Virus record (IMG/VR): IMGVR_UViG_3300046737_000169
Location: 1 to 64,000 of that record
DNA: 64,000 nucleotides
Strand: one strand, 5' to 3'
Source: a virus
Part shown: positions 30,565 through 39,794 of the stretch, piece after piece
How the letters are laid out: each line of letters begins with the position of its first letter
Position numbering within the stretch: the first letter of the stretch is position 1
Translations under genes and position numbers: made by a program
The notes under the pieces: generated by a model
What the model saw: the letters and a program-made list of their open reading frames with translations, nothing else
What the model was told of the DNA's origin: nothing
Database searches by the model: none

Positions 30565-31901
30565 CCCGCCGCCTCAAGTCTGTTGAAATAAAGAACGTTA
30601 AGGGTATCGAATCGCTCACCTTTAGCACCGGCGCCGTGACGGTCCTACGCGGGCGGAACGGCGCCGGGAAATCATCCGCCATCGACGCGCTGGTGAGTGT
30701 CTTTGAGGGAGGCCACGATCCGGCGTTGATCAGGACAGGGGCGAAAGAGGGATCTATCGCCCTGATCCTCGACGACGGCGTGACCATCAAGAAGACCATC
30801 AAGCCGGAGCGCTCGGTCCTGGAGGTCAGGACCGCCGACAAAGGCAAGGTCTCGGCGGAAGCGACCTACGTCAAGAAGCTCGCCAGCGGGCTGAAGTTCA
30901 ACCCGGCCGCCTTCATCTCGATCTCAGGGAAGGAGCGGGCCGCCGAGCTTAGTAAGGTCATGCCGGTGCAGTTCAACGGCAAGGAGGTGAACGCCGCGGC
31001 GAACGAAGCGATCCTCTCCGAGGGCGAAGTGATCGACCAGCAACGCTTCACCCAGATCAGGGACGGGCGCTACGCCTCCAGGACCGACGTGCGGCGCGAG
31101 CAGGAAGCCGCCGAGGGGTTCATCATCGAGACCGAGAAGAGCCTCCCCACGGGCACCAGCGCCTCCTGGCAGGGCGTCGTAGAGATGCTCCGCATCCAGG
31201 TGGGCGAAGCCAAGGCCGGCCTGGAGCGCGAGATTGCCGAGATCGATCGCATGGCTTCCCAGGTGGTCGACGGCCTGCGTGAAGAGCGCGATACCCAGGC
31301 CCGCAAGCTGGAGCAGGAGTACAGAGCCGCCCTGCTAGCCGTCGAAACCAAGTTCCGCGACGAATATGAGCGCGTCATGCTGGGCGTGAACGTCCGGGTA
31401 ACCGAGTTTCGCGAGGCGTCCGCCGCTCAACTCGAGGATCTCTCTACTTCACTCGGCCAAGCCGAGCAATCCCTCGCCGATCAGAACCGCGTCGAAGGCC
31501 AGCGCCAACAACTGGAGAAGATGCGGAAGTCTGCCCAGACCTTGCAGGCGCGGTGGGTCCAACTCGACGGCGCCGTGAAGGGGCTCGACAAGCTCAAGAG
31601 TGAGAAGCTCGCGACACTTCCCATTCCTGGCCTCGAAGTGAGGCTCGACGACCGGAACATGCCGGAGGTCTTTGTCGAAGGCACGCCCTGGCCGCACGTA
31701 AATAAGTCGATGCAGTGCAAGATCGCCATCACGATCGCCGCGCAGGCCCTCGGCGAACTGCCGCTGATGGTGCTCGATGAGGCGGAAGTCCTGGACGACG
31801 ACAGTATGAAGTTACTCACCGAGGCGGCCAAAGACCTGGGGCTCCAGGTCATCATGGCGCGCGTCGAATCCGGCGCCGAGCTACAGGCGGTGGAGGCGTA
31901 A
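30561..31901 (+). CDS. SMC/SbcC-like AAA ATPase
   Basis: IKNVKGI, Walker A GRNGAGKSS, central coiled coil, Walker B LMVLDEAEVLD. Confidence 0.85.
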   Translation: MTRRLKSVEIKNVKGIESLTFSTGAVTVLRGRNGAGKSSAIDALVSVFEGGHDPALIRTGAKEGSIALILDDGVTIKKTIKPERSVLEVRTADKGKVSAEATYVKKLASGLKFNPAAFISISGKERAAELSKVMPVQFNGKEVNAAANEAILSEGEVIDQQRFTQIRDGRYASRTDVRREQEAAEGFIIETEKSLPTGTSASWQGVVEMLRIQVGEAKAGLEREIAEIDRMASQVVDGLREERDTQARKLEQEYRAALLAVETKFRDEYERVMLGVNVRVTEFREASAAQLEDLSTSLGQAEQSLADQNRVEGQRQQLEKMRKSAQTLQARWVQLDGAVKGLDKLKSEKLATLPIPGLEVRLDDRNMPEVFVEGTPWPHVNKSMQCKIAITIAAQALGELPLMVLDEAEVLDDDSMKLLTEAAKDLGLQVIMARVESGAELQAVEA

Positions 31902-31902
31902 C

Positions 31903-32346
31903 TTGGCCGGCAGCCTCGATCAGGTATGTAGGTTCTTCGGAATAGGTAAGGCTGGTGTCTCGAAACCGGAGGTGGTTCAACCGATGGGTATCAAAGACCA
32001 AAAACGTTTCGCGGAATTGGACGCGCTGATCAAGGCCGGCTATGGTAACACTCCGCAGGATAAGATCCCGATCGAGGTGCTCGACGCCGTCGAAGCCGGC
32101 GAAGATATCCCTCACAAGGGGCCGGACGAACGGGACGACCGCTGGGCCAGGGAGGTGGGGGAGCCTCTCCGGCCGCCGGCCGAGCGCCCCCCGCTGCCGC
32201 CGGGCAAGCGGGTGACCACCCAGGCGCAGCGCGATCGCATCAATGAGCGCGCCAGGGCCCGGTGGTTTTACAAGTACGGGCCGCGTGACCGGCCAGAGAA
32301 GAAAGAAGGAACCAACGAATGCCAGGATGCCTGTTCCGCGGAGTAG
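31903..32346 (+). CDS. Hypothetical protein (start uncertain)
   Basis: Fills the operon gap. Confidence 0.5.
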   Translation: MAGSLDQVCRFFGIGKAGVSKPEVVQPMGIKDQKRFAELDALIKAGYGNTPQDKIPIEVLDAVEAGEDIPHKGPDERDDRWAREVGEPLRPPAERPPLPPGKRVTTQAQRDRINERARARWFYKYGPRDRPEKKEGTNECQDACSAE

Positions 32347-32822
32347 AGATACTCCACTTAGAACTGCGGGGGATGGAGAATGCCTTCATGACCTCGATGA
32401 AGATGCGAGCCACGCTTTCCCAACCTGTCGCAAAGGAGATGGGTTGGGAGGCGCTGTTAGAGGCGGACGGCTGGGGGCCCAGTTGCGACCTCAAGTCCAG
32501 CGTGGGGAAGGGCAGCGGCACCTTTAAGCCGCATGGCAAGGGCGATGGGGCGATGTCGATCGAGTTCGATTCGATCGTCAAGTTTAAGGGGATCGAGAGC
32601 AACAACGATGCGGGAGGCAACAAGGCCAAGCATAGCGTCGAGTTCGTGCTCAAGACCTCCGGCAAGGACGCCCTGGCGACCCTCTCCCGGTACTGGATGG
32701 ACAATCAGCGCATATTCCACCACCTCCAGGTAAAATTTCATGAATTATTGGACGGCCCCCCCGCGTCTGGGAAGCCCGAGGGTAAGGCCGAGGGTAAGGC
32801 CAGCGCCGGCCTTGAGGAGTAA
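32319..32822 (+). CDS. Hypothetical protein
   Basis: AAGGA RBS; coupled to the ParB gene. Confidence 0.6.
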   Translation: MPGCLFRGVEILHLELRGMENAFMTSMKMRATLSQPVAKEMGWEALLEADGWGPSCDLKSSVGKGSGTFKPHGKGDGAMSIEFDSIVKFKGIESNNDAGGNKAKHSVEFVLKTSGKDALATLSRYWMDNQRIFHHLQVKFHELLDGPPASGKPEGKAEGKASAGLEE

Positions 32823-33686
32823 ATGAAGCTCGAACAGGTTCCGATCGCCAAGATCAAAGTAAGCGGTTTCCGGTACAGGCGGGACGCCGGCGACATCGAG
32901 GCTCTGGCGGCGAACATCGCCGAGCTTGGATTGCTCCAGCCCGTGGGTATCGACAAGTACTACCAGTTGATTTACGGGGCCCGGCGCCTGGAAGCCTGCC
33001 AGTTGCACCTCAACTGGGAGAAGATCCCGGCGGTCATCGTCGATATCGACTCGGTCTTGGCGGGCGAGTATTCCGAGAACGAGTTCCGTAAGAGCTTCAC
33101 GCCGTCCGAGCGATCGGCGATCGGGGCGGCCCTCGAAAAGGAGCTTGCCGGGCGGCATGGCGGCGATCGTACAAAGGGAGCAATTGCATCTCTTGCTAAG
33201 GGGAAGACGACCACCCTCGCCGCCAAGCGGGCCGGGTTCAAGAGCCGGGATACCTACCAGCGCGCCAAGGCCGTCGTCGCCAAGGGCGCTCCCGAGCTTG
33301 TGGCCGCAATGGATGCGGGCAAGGTCTCTATCGACGCGGCCGCCAAAATCGCCTCGCAGCCGAAAGAAGAGCAGAAGCGGATCGTCTCGCTGCCCAAGGA
33401 GCGCCAGCGCGAGATCGTCAACCGCATCCGGAAAACGAAGGCCGACAAGGAGAAGAGCGAGAAGCGCTCCTTTGATCTGCGGGTCTACCGCGGGCTCCAT
33501 GACGCGGTCTCGTTCGTTGCGGACCATCATCAAGATCCCAAGTCCACCTGGGAGGGCTTGCAGCGCGTGAGCGCCTATAAGTTCTCCGAGAACCTCCACC
33601 TCGCCATTGCCTGCTTAGTCAGATTACAAAAGGAGCACCCGAATGCCCCAAGAAAACCTGGGCTTGTTGCGAAGGCAACTCGTTAA
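32823..33686 (+). CDS. ParB N-terminal domain protein
   Basis: IEALAANIAELGLLQPV..LIYGARRLEA..EN..RK.FT.SE; HTH-like region follows. Confidence 0.85.
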   Translation: MKLEQVPIAKIKVSGFRYRRDAGDIEALAANIAELGLLQPVGIDKYYQLIYGARRLEACQLHLNWEKIPAVIVDIDSVLAGEYSENEFRKSFTPSERSAIGAALEKELAGRHGGDRTKGAIASLAKGKTTTLAAKRAGFKSRDTYQRAKAVVAKGAPELVAAMDAGKVSIDAAAKIASQPKEEQKRIVSLPKERQREIVNRIRKTKADKEKSEKRSFDLRVYRGLHDAVSFVADHHQDPKSTWEGLQRVSAYKFSENLHLAIACLVRLQKEHPNAPRKPGLVAKATR

Positions 33687-34200
33687 TATCGCCAAAGAAG
33701 AGGTTCGGGCTAGTCTGCGGACTGGCAAGACCGACCGGGAGACCGTGGCGCTGAGAGTCGAAGACCGCGCTTCGACCCTCCTCACGAAACTGGCGCCCGT
33801 GATGGTGAGCGCAGAGTTGCGTAACATCGTCGCGCACTTACTCAAGAAGACAGATATCCGCAGCGGCGAAGAAGAGGAAGAGAAGGCCACCAGCGAAACC
33901 TACCGCCAGATGGAGTTAGCTGAGATGGATGAGTTCCGGGGCATCGACCCGAATGTCACTTATGTGGACAAGCCCGGCCATGTGGCCTACATACCGTACC
34001 TGAAGACCAGGCAGGCGCAGCGCGCGGCGGCCCTGAAATACCTCGACCAGGGCATTGCGGCCGACTTGGAGAAGCGCCAGGCGATGGAAGCCGGCAACGA
34101 CTTCGCCGATACGCTGGTGGAGCTCTACGGGGACGAAGAACTCCTCGATCTCTACGTGAAGTGGAAGACCGCCGATGATGAGCGGGCGTCCAGCGAATGA
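33643..34200 (+). CDS. Hypothetical protein
   Basis: AAGGAG upstream; overlaps the ParB 3' end. Confidence 0.65.
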   Translation: MPQENLGLLRRQLVNIAKEEVRASLRTGKTDRETVALRVEDRASTLLTKLAPVMVSAELRNIVAHLLKKTDIRSGEEEEEKATSETYRQMELAEMDEFRGIDPNVTYVDKPGHVAYIPYLKTRQAQRAAALKYLDQGIAADLEKRQAMEAGNDFADTLVELYGDEELLDLYVKWKTADDERASSE

Positions 34201-34901
34201 ACGCCCTGGATACCTGGCGCGCGAGCCTCCCAGACACTCCCGAGGAGCGGCTTCCCAAGCCGCTCAAGTTAGTAATACCTGGCGCTCCGCGTACGAAAAA
34301 GAACAGCCCGGTCCTGATTACTGGAATGACCGATGCCTGGCTGAAGGACTTAGTCATGGACTTCCAACGGGAGTTAGTACCGATCCGGTTCCAGGAGGAG
34401 GCAACCGTCCTCGAATGGCTCCGCAACCGCGAGACGGCCCTGCCGCACCCGAAGTTACTCCCGTCCCAGGCTTACCGGGACTGGGAAGCGGCTGCGATCA
34501 AAGGTGTCTTGCCGGAGCTAGAACCGCTGCGGAAGTATTTCCCGATTAACTACTCCTGTCACTTACTCGCCAAGGTATACCGCGAGCGCGATGCCGGCGA
34601 TTGGTGCGGCTACATGCAGGGCATTGGTGACTTCCTGGAGGACATTGGCGTCCTCGAAGACGACGTGCTCCTGCGCTCGTTCGATGGCAGCCGGCTGCTC
34701 AAAGATGCGGAGAATCCCAGGATCGAATTATGGCTCTTGCCGTATTACCAGGAAACCGGCATGGGGCTGTTCGAGCTACCAGCCAGGGAATGGGCCCAGC
34801 ATGAGGAGCCGGAGCCCGAGGAAGTCGTCTCGGCCGACGAGGAGCAGCGCAGGACCGGGTCCATCCTATACAGCATCTACGGCGGGCGCCGGCATGGATA
34901 G
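34197..34901 (+). CDS. rusA: RusA-like Holliday junction resolvase
   Basis: IPGAPRTKKNS..RDAGD..DFL...GVLEDD..KDAENPRIEL. Confidence 0.7.
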   Translation: MNALDTWRASLPDTPEERLPKPLKLVIPGAPRTKKNSPVLITGMTDAWLKDLVMDFQRELVPIRFQEEATVLEWLRNRETALPHPKLLPSQAYRDWEAAAIKGVLPELEPLRKYFPINYSCHLLAKVYRERDAGDWCGYMQGIGDFLEDIGVLEDDVLLRSFDGSRLLKDAENPRIELWLLPYYQETGMGLFELPAREWAQHEEPEPEEVVSADEEQRRTGSILYSIYGGRRHG

Positions 34902-35100
34902 GCCAAAGATCATCACCGACCCGACAATCCCCGCGAACATGATCTACTTCATGCCTGACCGCGTGATCGAACAGCTAGCGGACTTAGCTCTCGCGAAGTT
35001 CTGGGGCCGGATCAGCAACGAACAGTTCGAGCGCCGCATGGACGGGATCGTCGAAGAGTACAAGCGCCATATAGGCGTCGTCAGGAACATCGGTGGATAG
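34894..35100 (+). CDS. Hypothetical protein
   Basis: 68 aa, coupled to neighbours. Confidence 0.55.
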   Translation: MDRPKIITDPTIPANMIYFMPDRVIEQLADLALAKFWGRISNEQFERRMDGIVEEYKRHIGVVRNIGG

Positions 35101-35251
35101 CAACTGGAAGGACGCCACCGTGGACGAGATCGCGCAGGAGCTTGCCGCTGGGTTTGTTTATCTAGCGAGCAGGATTCGGCAGGAAGATACTGGCGAGGAC
35201 ATCGAGAGTTGTATTCGCCAAATGACAAAAGCGTGGAATAAAGGAAAATGA
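35093..35251 (+). CDS. Hypothetical protein (52 aa, not in ORF track)
   Basis: GTG..MDSNWKDATVDEIAQELAAG..KGK*; overlaps both neighbours. Confidence 0.55.
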   Translation: MDSNWKDATVDEIAQELAAGFVYLASRIRQEDTGEDIESCIRQMTKAWNKGK

Positions 35252-35643
35252 AAGAACTTACTCAGCACATAGTCGAAGGTGATTCGGCGAATCACCAACT
35301 GAAGATCCAGGTGATGGACGAGCCAGGCGCCGGCGGTGCGTGCCACCGCTACGAAGTTACTGGCTTTAACACCGAGACTAACAAGTCCAAGGAAGGGGCC
35401 GCGTCGAACGGCGTTGTGATCCTATTCCAGAACGGGCCCATCAAGGAGGTTGGCGTCAATGGCGTCACCCATGAGGCGCTCCTGACCATAGTGATCGATC
35501 GCCTCGTAGCGTTTCAGGAAGGGCCGTTCTACTGCTCTGAGAATCAGTTGGCTCTGCAGCACGCAGCGCACTGCCTGAACGCGCTGCAGCTTCGCACCAA
35601 GGCTCGCATCGCCCGCGGCGTGGAAGGGACTCACGAGAAATAA
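35248..35643 (+). CDS. tad1: Tad1-like anti-defence signalling-molecule sponge
   Basis: GAGGACHRY..FQNGP..GV...LL.IV.DRL..FQEGPF..EN..AL.H..R...RI.RGVEGT matches the Tad1 family pattern. Confidence 0.75.
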   Translation: MKELTQHIVEGDSANHQLKIQVMDEPGAGGACHRYEVTGFNTETNKSKEGAASNGVVILFQNGPIKEVGVNGVTHEALLTIVIDRLVAFQEGPFYCSENQLALQHAAHCLNALQLRTKARIARGVEGTHEK

Positions 35644-35644
35644 C

Positions 35645-35854
35645 ATGGAACCTATCATGCAGTTTTTCGCCTACACACATCTGCCGCTTCACTTGCAGGA
35701 TGTAAGTGAACCGTTCTGCGCGCTGGCCCAGACGATTGTGGCAAGTCTACCGAGGAACCCGGAGCGTACCGTAGCTCTGCGAAAGCTCCTCGAAGCAAAG
35801 GACGCCGCCGTACGTGCCAAGCTCTACAAAGAAAACGAAGCTCCCCAAGGCTAA
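35645..35854 (+). CDS. Helical-hairpin protein, Acb2/Tad1-hairpin-like
   Basis: FFAYTHLPLHLQDVSEPF..LPRNPERTVALRKLLEAKDAAVRA. Confidence 0.6.
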   Translation: MEPIMQFFAYTHLPLHLQDVSEPFCALAQTIVASLPRNPERTVALRKLLEAKDAAVRAKLYKENEAPQG

Positions 35855-36182
35855 GAGCGAGCCCGAGGAACGGTTCGCGATCGCCTGGCGCACGCTGGGC
35901 GGTCAGAAGCCCGAGCGCGAGTACCGGTTCACGCCTGACCGGAAGTGGCGCTTTGACTTCGCCTGGCCGGAGGTCCGGATTGCAGTCGAGATCGAGGGCG
36001 GCATCAACGAGGGGAAGCACCGCGGCTACCACATGCGAACAAAAGGGTTCCTCAAAGATGCCGAGAAGTATAATCGCGCCAGCACTTTAGGCTGGCGTAT
36101 ATACAGATTTGCCCCGAGCCAGATCCAGCCGGCGGCTCTCGAGGAAATCATCTCGGAGATCAGAAAGTCAGGGCGAGGTTGA
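35814..36182 (+). CDS. PD-(D/E)xK-type endonuclease
   Basis: EYRFTPDRKWRFDFAWPEVRIAVEIEGG..D.EKYN.A..LGWR. Confidence 0.75.
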   Translation: MPSSTKKTKLPKAKSEPEERFAIAWRTLGGQKPEREYRFTPDRKWRFDFAWPEVRIAVEIEGGINEGKHRGYHMRTKGFLKDAEKYNRASTLGWRIYRFAPSQIQPAALEEIISEIRKSGRG

Positions 36183-36183
36183 C

Positions 36184-36396
36184 ATGGACGACAAAGAGAT
36201 ACTTGAGCGGGTCCGCGAGGCTATAGCCTGCCTGGACGAGGCCCAGCTTGATCTGCCGATGAACACGCGCGAGCAGCGCAAGCTCCACACCCGCATCCAG
36301 GACGCTGGCGATCGGCTCGTGGAGGTCAGGGAAGAACTCCAGGTCCGGATCGGCGCGCAGGAAAACTTGAAGCGTGTGCTTGAGCGTAAATCGTGA
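36184..36396 (+). CDS. Small coiled-coil protein
   Basis: GAGGT RBS; 70 aa. Confidence 0.6.
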   Translation: MDDKEILERVREAIACLDEAQLDLPMNTREQRKLHTRIQDAGDRLVEVREELQVRIGAQENLKRVLERKS

Positions 36397-36404
36397 GAAA
36401 ACCC

Positions 36405-36552
36405 TTGCGAAACGCGCATCTGGTTTGATAAAGTTACTCCGTTCGACGGAAGCGGCGAGGCTTGATCACCCCGCCGTACGAACGGATTAGCCGGGAGCAG
36501 CCAGGGGGACTCCTATACCCCTGGCTCCCCGGAAGCCCAAATAGGAGGGGCC
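36405..36552 (+). promoter_or_regulatory. Promoter and structured 5' leader of the replication gene
   Basis: TTGCGA-18-TAAAGT; hairpins 36438-36486 and 36491-36532; loop CTCCTAT is complementary to SD ATAGGAG. Confidence 0.6.
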
Positions 36553-37491
36553 ATGCGAACCCGCATTCTGAAACCTGGATTCTTCAAGAACGAAACCCTC
36601 GCCGAGCTTGGCTCACACGCCATGCTCCTCTACCAAGGACTCTGGCTGCTAGCTGATCGGGACGGTAGATTGGAGGACCGGCCCAAACGCATCAGGGCCG
36701 AGGTCTTCCCTTACTTCGCAGATCAAAACGTAAACGGGCTTCTTGAATCCCTTGCGAAAGCCGGGTTTATCAAACGCTATGTTGTAGCGGGGAAGGGGTT
36801 CATCTCGATCCCAACGTGGCTCAAACACCAAACTCCTCACCACAAGGAAGCGCCATCAGAGATCCCCCCGAATGAGGGCGGGATTGATGCTTGCGTCAAT
36901 CTTGAGTCAATCTTGAACCAAGATCAAGCCGAGCTTGAACCGAGCATGGATGAAGAGTCCATCTTGAACGGCGCGATCAAGAAGCCTCATTCCTCTATTT
37001 CTATTTCTGTTCCTGTTTCTGTTTCTATTCCTGTTTCTATTCCTGTTTCAGATTCAGTTCCTGTTGCCGCCGCTGAAGCGGCGGGGGAGATTGTTTCCTC
37101 AAAGTTTGTTCTTCTTTCTCCTGATACGGATAAGCCTTCAGTATCAGTAACCCAGCACAAACACAAACCCGTGTACCCAAACGGATTCCAGAACTACCTC
37201 ACGGTCTTCTATGCTGGCGGAAAACTCCTGAGCCCTGACGATGAAAACAAAGCCTTCAGGGCATGGAAAAAGCTGCCACTTGCCGGTCAAATTGCAGCGG
37301 GCGAGAACGCTATTGAGATCGTCAAGGACCGCGAACCAAAATACATTCCCCTCCCGGCCAACCATCTACGAGACAAGCCGTGGACCCGCACCGGACCTGG
37401 GCGCATGGTCCCGCTGCCACCCAAGAGCGCCCGAGAGGCAAACCAACTCGAAGCCGAGCGGCTATTCGATGAACGGAGGAAAACGAGATGA
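36553..37491 (+). CDS. Phage replication initiator
   Basis: MRTRILKPGFFKNE.L..LLYQGLW..ADRDGR..IRAEVFP N-terminus; internal repeats; KYIPLPANHL C-domain. Confidence 0.8.
   Translation: MRTRILKPGFFKNETLAELGSHAMLLYQGLWLLADRDGRLEDRPKRIRAEVFPYFADQNVNGLLESLAKAGFIKRYVVAGKGFISIPTWLKHQTPHHKEAPSEIPPNEGGIDACVNLESILNQDQAELEPSMDEESILNGAIKKPHSSISISVPVSVSIPVSIPVSDSVPVAAAEAAGEIVSSKFVLLSPDTDKPSVSVTQHKHKPVYPNGFQNYLTVFYAGGKLLSPDDENKAFRAWKKLPLAGQIAAGENAIEIVKDREPKYIPLPANHLRDKPWTRTGPGRMVPLPPKSAREANQLEAERLFDERRKTR
36889..37066. repeat. Putative replication origin (iterons plus AT-rich hexamer tract)
   Basis: Repeated (T/G)CTTGA(A/G) units at 36900, 36911, 36933, 36962; TTTCTA/TTCCTG/TTTCTG hexamers at 36990-37066. 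Confidence 0.55.
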
Positions 37492-37997
37492 CGAGGATGG
37501 AGCACGCGATCAAGAAGGCCGTAGGCGAGTTCGGAATGCTCAAGTACTTCCCGAGCGATGCGGCGTCCAAAGCGGGCGTTATGGAGCTCCTGGAGCGAAT
37601 GGTGAGGACTCCAGAGGAACTGGCTTGGCTCGTCCGTACGATGGTTGATCGTGTGGGCGAATGGCGCGGGCCCAAGGAACTGCGCGGCGTGTTCTGCACC
37701 CGGTTCGCCCCAGCAGACGGCGTCGACGTGGACTGCCTGGAAACGCCCGGCTTCACACCGGAGGCGCTCGAAGGCCGCAGCGCCTACGAGCACGAGGAAC
37801 ACAAGTTCCTGGGCGCTGGCGCCTCAGTGGCGCTTCTGCCGGCGATGGAGGCGAAGTGGGAGGCGTTGCCGCCCGAGAACCCGCCTGAGCCGCCGCCCGT
37901 GCCTGGAGAGCGCCGAGCCGCCCGTCCGCTGAAGCAGATCACCGAGCACAGTGAAGCCGAGATCAACCAGCGGCTCCGCGACATCGGGGCCGCATGA
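37488..37997 (+). CDS. Hypothetical protein (helicase-loader position)
   Basis: GGAGG RBS; ATGA-coupled to the initiator. Confidence 0.6.
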   Translation: MTRMEHAIKKAVGEFGMLKYFPSDAASKAGVMELLERMVRTPEELAWLVRTMVDRVGEWRGPKELRGVFCTRFAPADGVDVDCLETPGFTPEALEGRSAYEHEEHKFLGAGASVALLPAMEAKWEALPPENPPEPPPVPGERRAARPLKQITEHSEAEINQRLRDIGAA

Positions 37998-38290
37998 CCG
38001 AACCGAACTGGAATTGCCTGCACTGCAAGGGCAGCGCCTACGAGCGCACTTGGCTGCTCATCACCTACACCCGCCATCCAAGCGGAGATCAGAAACACTG
38101 CGAGGAGAATGAAATCACCGAGGAGGCCGCCAAGAAGCTCATGCAAGAGGTCGACGGGCACTTCCAGAAAGTTGTCGACGCCGTGAAGTACTGCCGCTGC
38201 CACTACGGGCGGCATATCAGGCAGATGCGCCTCGCCCGCCTGTCCGAGGAAGAGGACAAAGCCCACCGGGGCAGCAAGAGGGCCTCGTGA
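37994..38290 (+). CDS. Zn-finger protein
   Basis: CLHCKG..CRC. Confidence 0.6.
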   Translation: MTEPNWNCLHCKGSAYERTWLLITYTRHPSGDQKHCEENEITEEAAKKLMQEVDGHFQKVVDAVKYCRCHYGRHIRQMRLARLSEEEDKAHRGSKRAS

Positions 38291-38553
38291 GCAAGCAGCG
38301 TGAGTACCGGATGGTCAACTTCGACCAGAGCGAGATCGCGGTGCGGATGATGGAGTCGCTGCATGGCATTAAGAGGCCGCCCGGCATGAGCGCCGAGGAG
38401 GCCATCCGGCATGTGGACCCGACCGTGGCCAAAGAGTACCTGGAGGCGGCCGAGGTGGTCTTCGACTACATGCTGGAGCAGTTGGACGCTACAGGATTTG
38501 TGAAGTGGGCCCGAAAGTACAGGACGTCGGACGAGGACGTGGGCGTTCAGTGA
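38287..38553 (+). CDS. Hypothetical protein
   Basis: GTGA coupling. Confidence 0.6.
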   Translation: MSKQREYRMVNFDQSEIAVRMMESLHGIKRPPGMSAEEAIRHVDPTVAKEYLEAAEVVFDYMLEQLDATGFVKWARKYRTSDEDVGVQ

Positions 38554-38633
38554 ATCAGGGGAGCCGCTGGCGGAACGAGGTGTCACCGACATTCCGCCGT
38601 GATGGACAACGGCCGGCTCCCCCCGGTCACACT

Positions 38634-39794
38634 CTACCCTGCCTGGTTGGTCAGATCAACGCGCGTACCTGGACCGCCGGCTTTCTTCTTCCGGCCGCCT
38701 CCCTTGGGCCGGCCCTGGCGCCAGCAGTTGCTGTTGTTGAGTTGCCGGCAATGCGTCGAGCAGAACACCGGCTTGCCATGTATCTCTTGGCGGCGGCGCT
38801 GATCCACGGTGCCCTGGAAGGCTTTCTTGCAAGTGCCGCAAGTGAACCAGAATTGCGCTTTCTGGAGGTTCTTCTGATACCACTTGTTGCGGCATTCCCG
38901 TGTGCAGAACTTTGAGTTCCAGCCCATCGGCGCCGGTTGGTAGGTCACGCCGCACCCGTCGCAGACGCGCTCCGGCTGCACATAGACCTCGCGCATGAGG
39001 GCCTGCGCCTTGTGGAGGTGCTCGTCGGCTTCCTTGGACCGCGGCGAGCGGATCGGGTTGGGGATGCCGTCGAAGCCGCCGCCAAAGGTGGCCCCGTGGA
39101 TATGCGCGCGATCGGACAGGTGCTGCGCCACGTCCGGCGTGTGCAGGCCGGTCTTTTTGTTGAACCCGGCGGCGCGCTTGAAGTCGACCGCCTTGATGCC
39201 GTGTGTGAAGTTGACGTGGTTCCCCAGGCGCTTGCCGACCCAGTTGCAGCCGTCGATCAGGCAGGGTAACTCGCCCTGCATGAGGAACTCGTCGTAGCAC
39301 TGGGGCAGGGCGATCTCCTCTGGGTTGGCGACCCAGCGGTCGAAGCGGCCCGCCATGAAGGCCCGGTAGCAGCGGTGGCTGCAGTACTTCTTCTTTCCCC
39401 GCTGGCTGAACTCGACCTGGATCGTCGCTTGGCAGTTCAGGCACGGCTGCTCAATCGTGCCTTCGTGGAGCCGCCCGGTGCGTTTCAGGATACCGGCAGC
39501 GAGAGCCTTCTTCATGTTCTCGGCCGCTTGTTGCTTGAACTGGTCCGAACCGAGGTAGCACTTCAGGCTGCAATACCTCTTCGGCGCCCGCGAGCCGAAC
39601 TCCTTGAGACAGGTTGGACAGGTGTACATGGGCAGCGGCTTGCGCTGCTTGCGGAGGCCGGCGTTGCCGCAGACCGCCGAGCAGTACCCTCGCTTGGTGC
39701 GGTTGTATTTCTTCACTTGCCAGGGCTTGCCCAGGAACTCGGCGCCGCAATGGGTGCAGGGAATATACTTCGGGGCCGGATAGTTGCTGCTCAT
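38634..39794 (-). CDS. Multi-zinc-finger protein with MucR/Ros-like central finger
   Basis: Five CxxC..(Y/F)C(S/T)xxC units; CLIDGC..KRLGNHV..THGI...FK...GF. Confidence 0.7.
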   Translation of the reverse strand: MSSNYPAPKYIPCTHCGAEFLGKPWQVKKYNRTKRGYCSAVCGNAGLRKQRKPLPMYTCPTCLKEFGSRAPKRYCSLKCYLGSDQFKQQAAENMKKALAAGILKRTGRLHEGTIEQPCLNCQATIQVEFSQRGKKKYCSHRCYRAFMAGRFDRWVANPEEIALPQCYDEFLMQGELPCLIDGCNWVGKRLGNHVNFTHGIKAVDFKRAAGFNKKTGLHTPDVAQHLSDRAHIHGATFGGGFDGIPNPIRSPRSKEADEHLHKAQALMREVYVQPERVCDGCGVTYQPAPMGWNSKFCTRECRNKWYQKNLQKAQFWFTCGTCKKAFQGTVDQRRRQEIHGKPVFCSTHCRQLNNSNCWRQGRPKGGGRKKKAGGPGTRVDLTNQAG

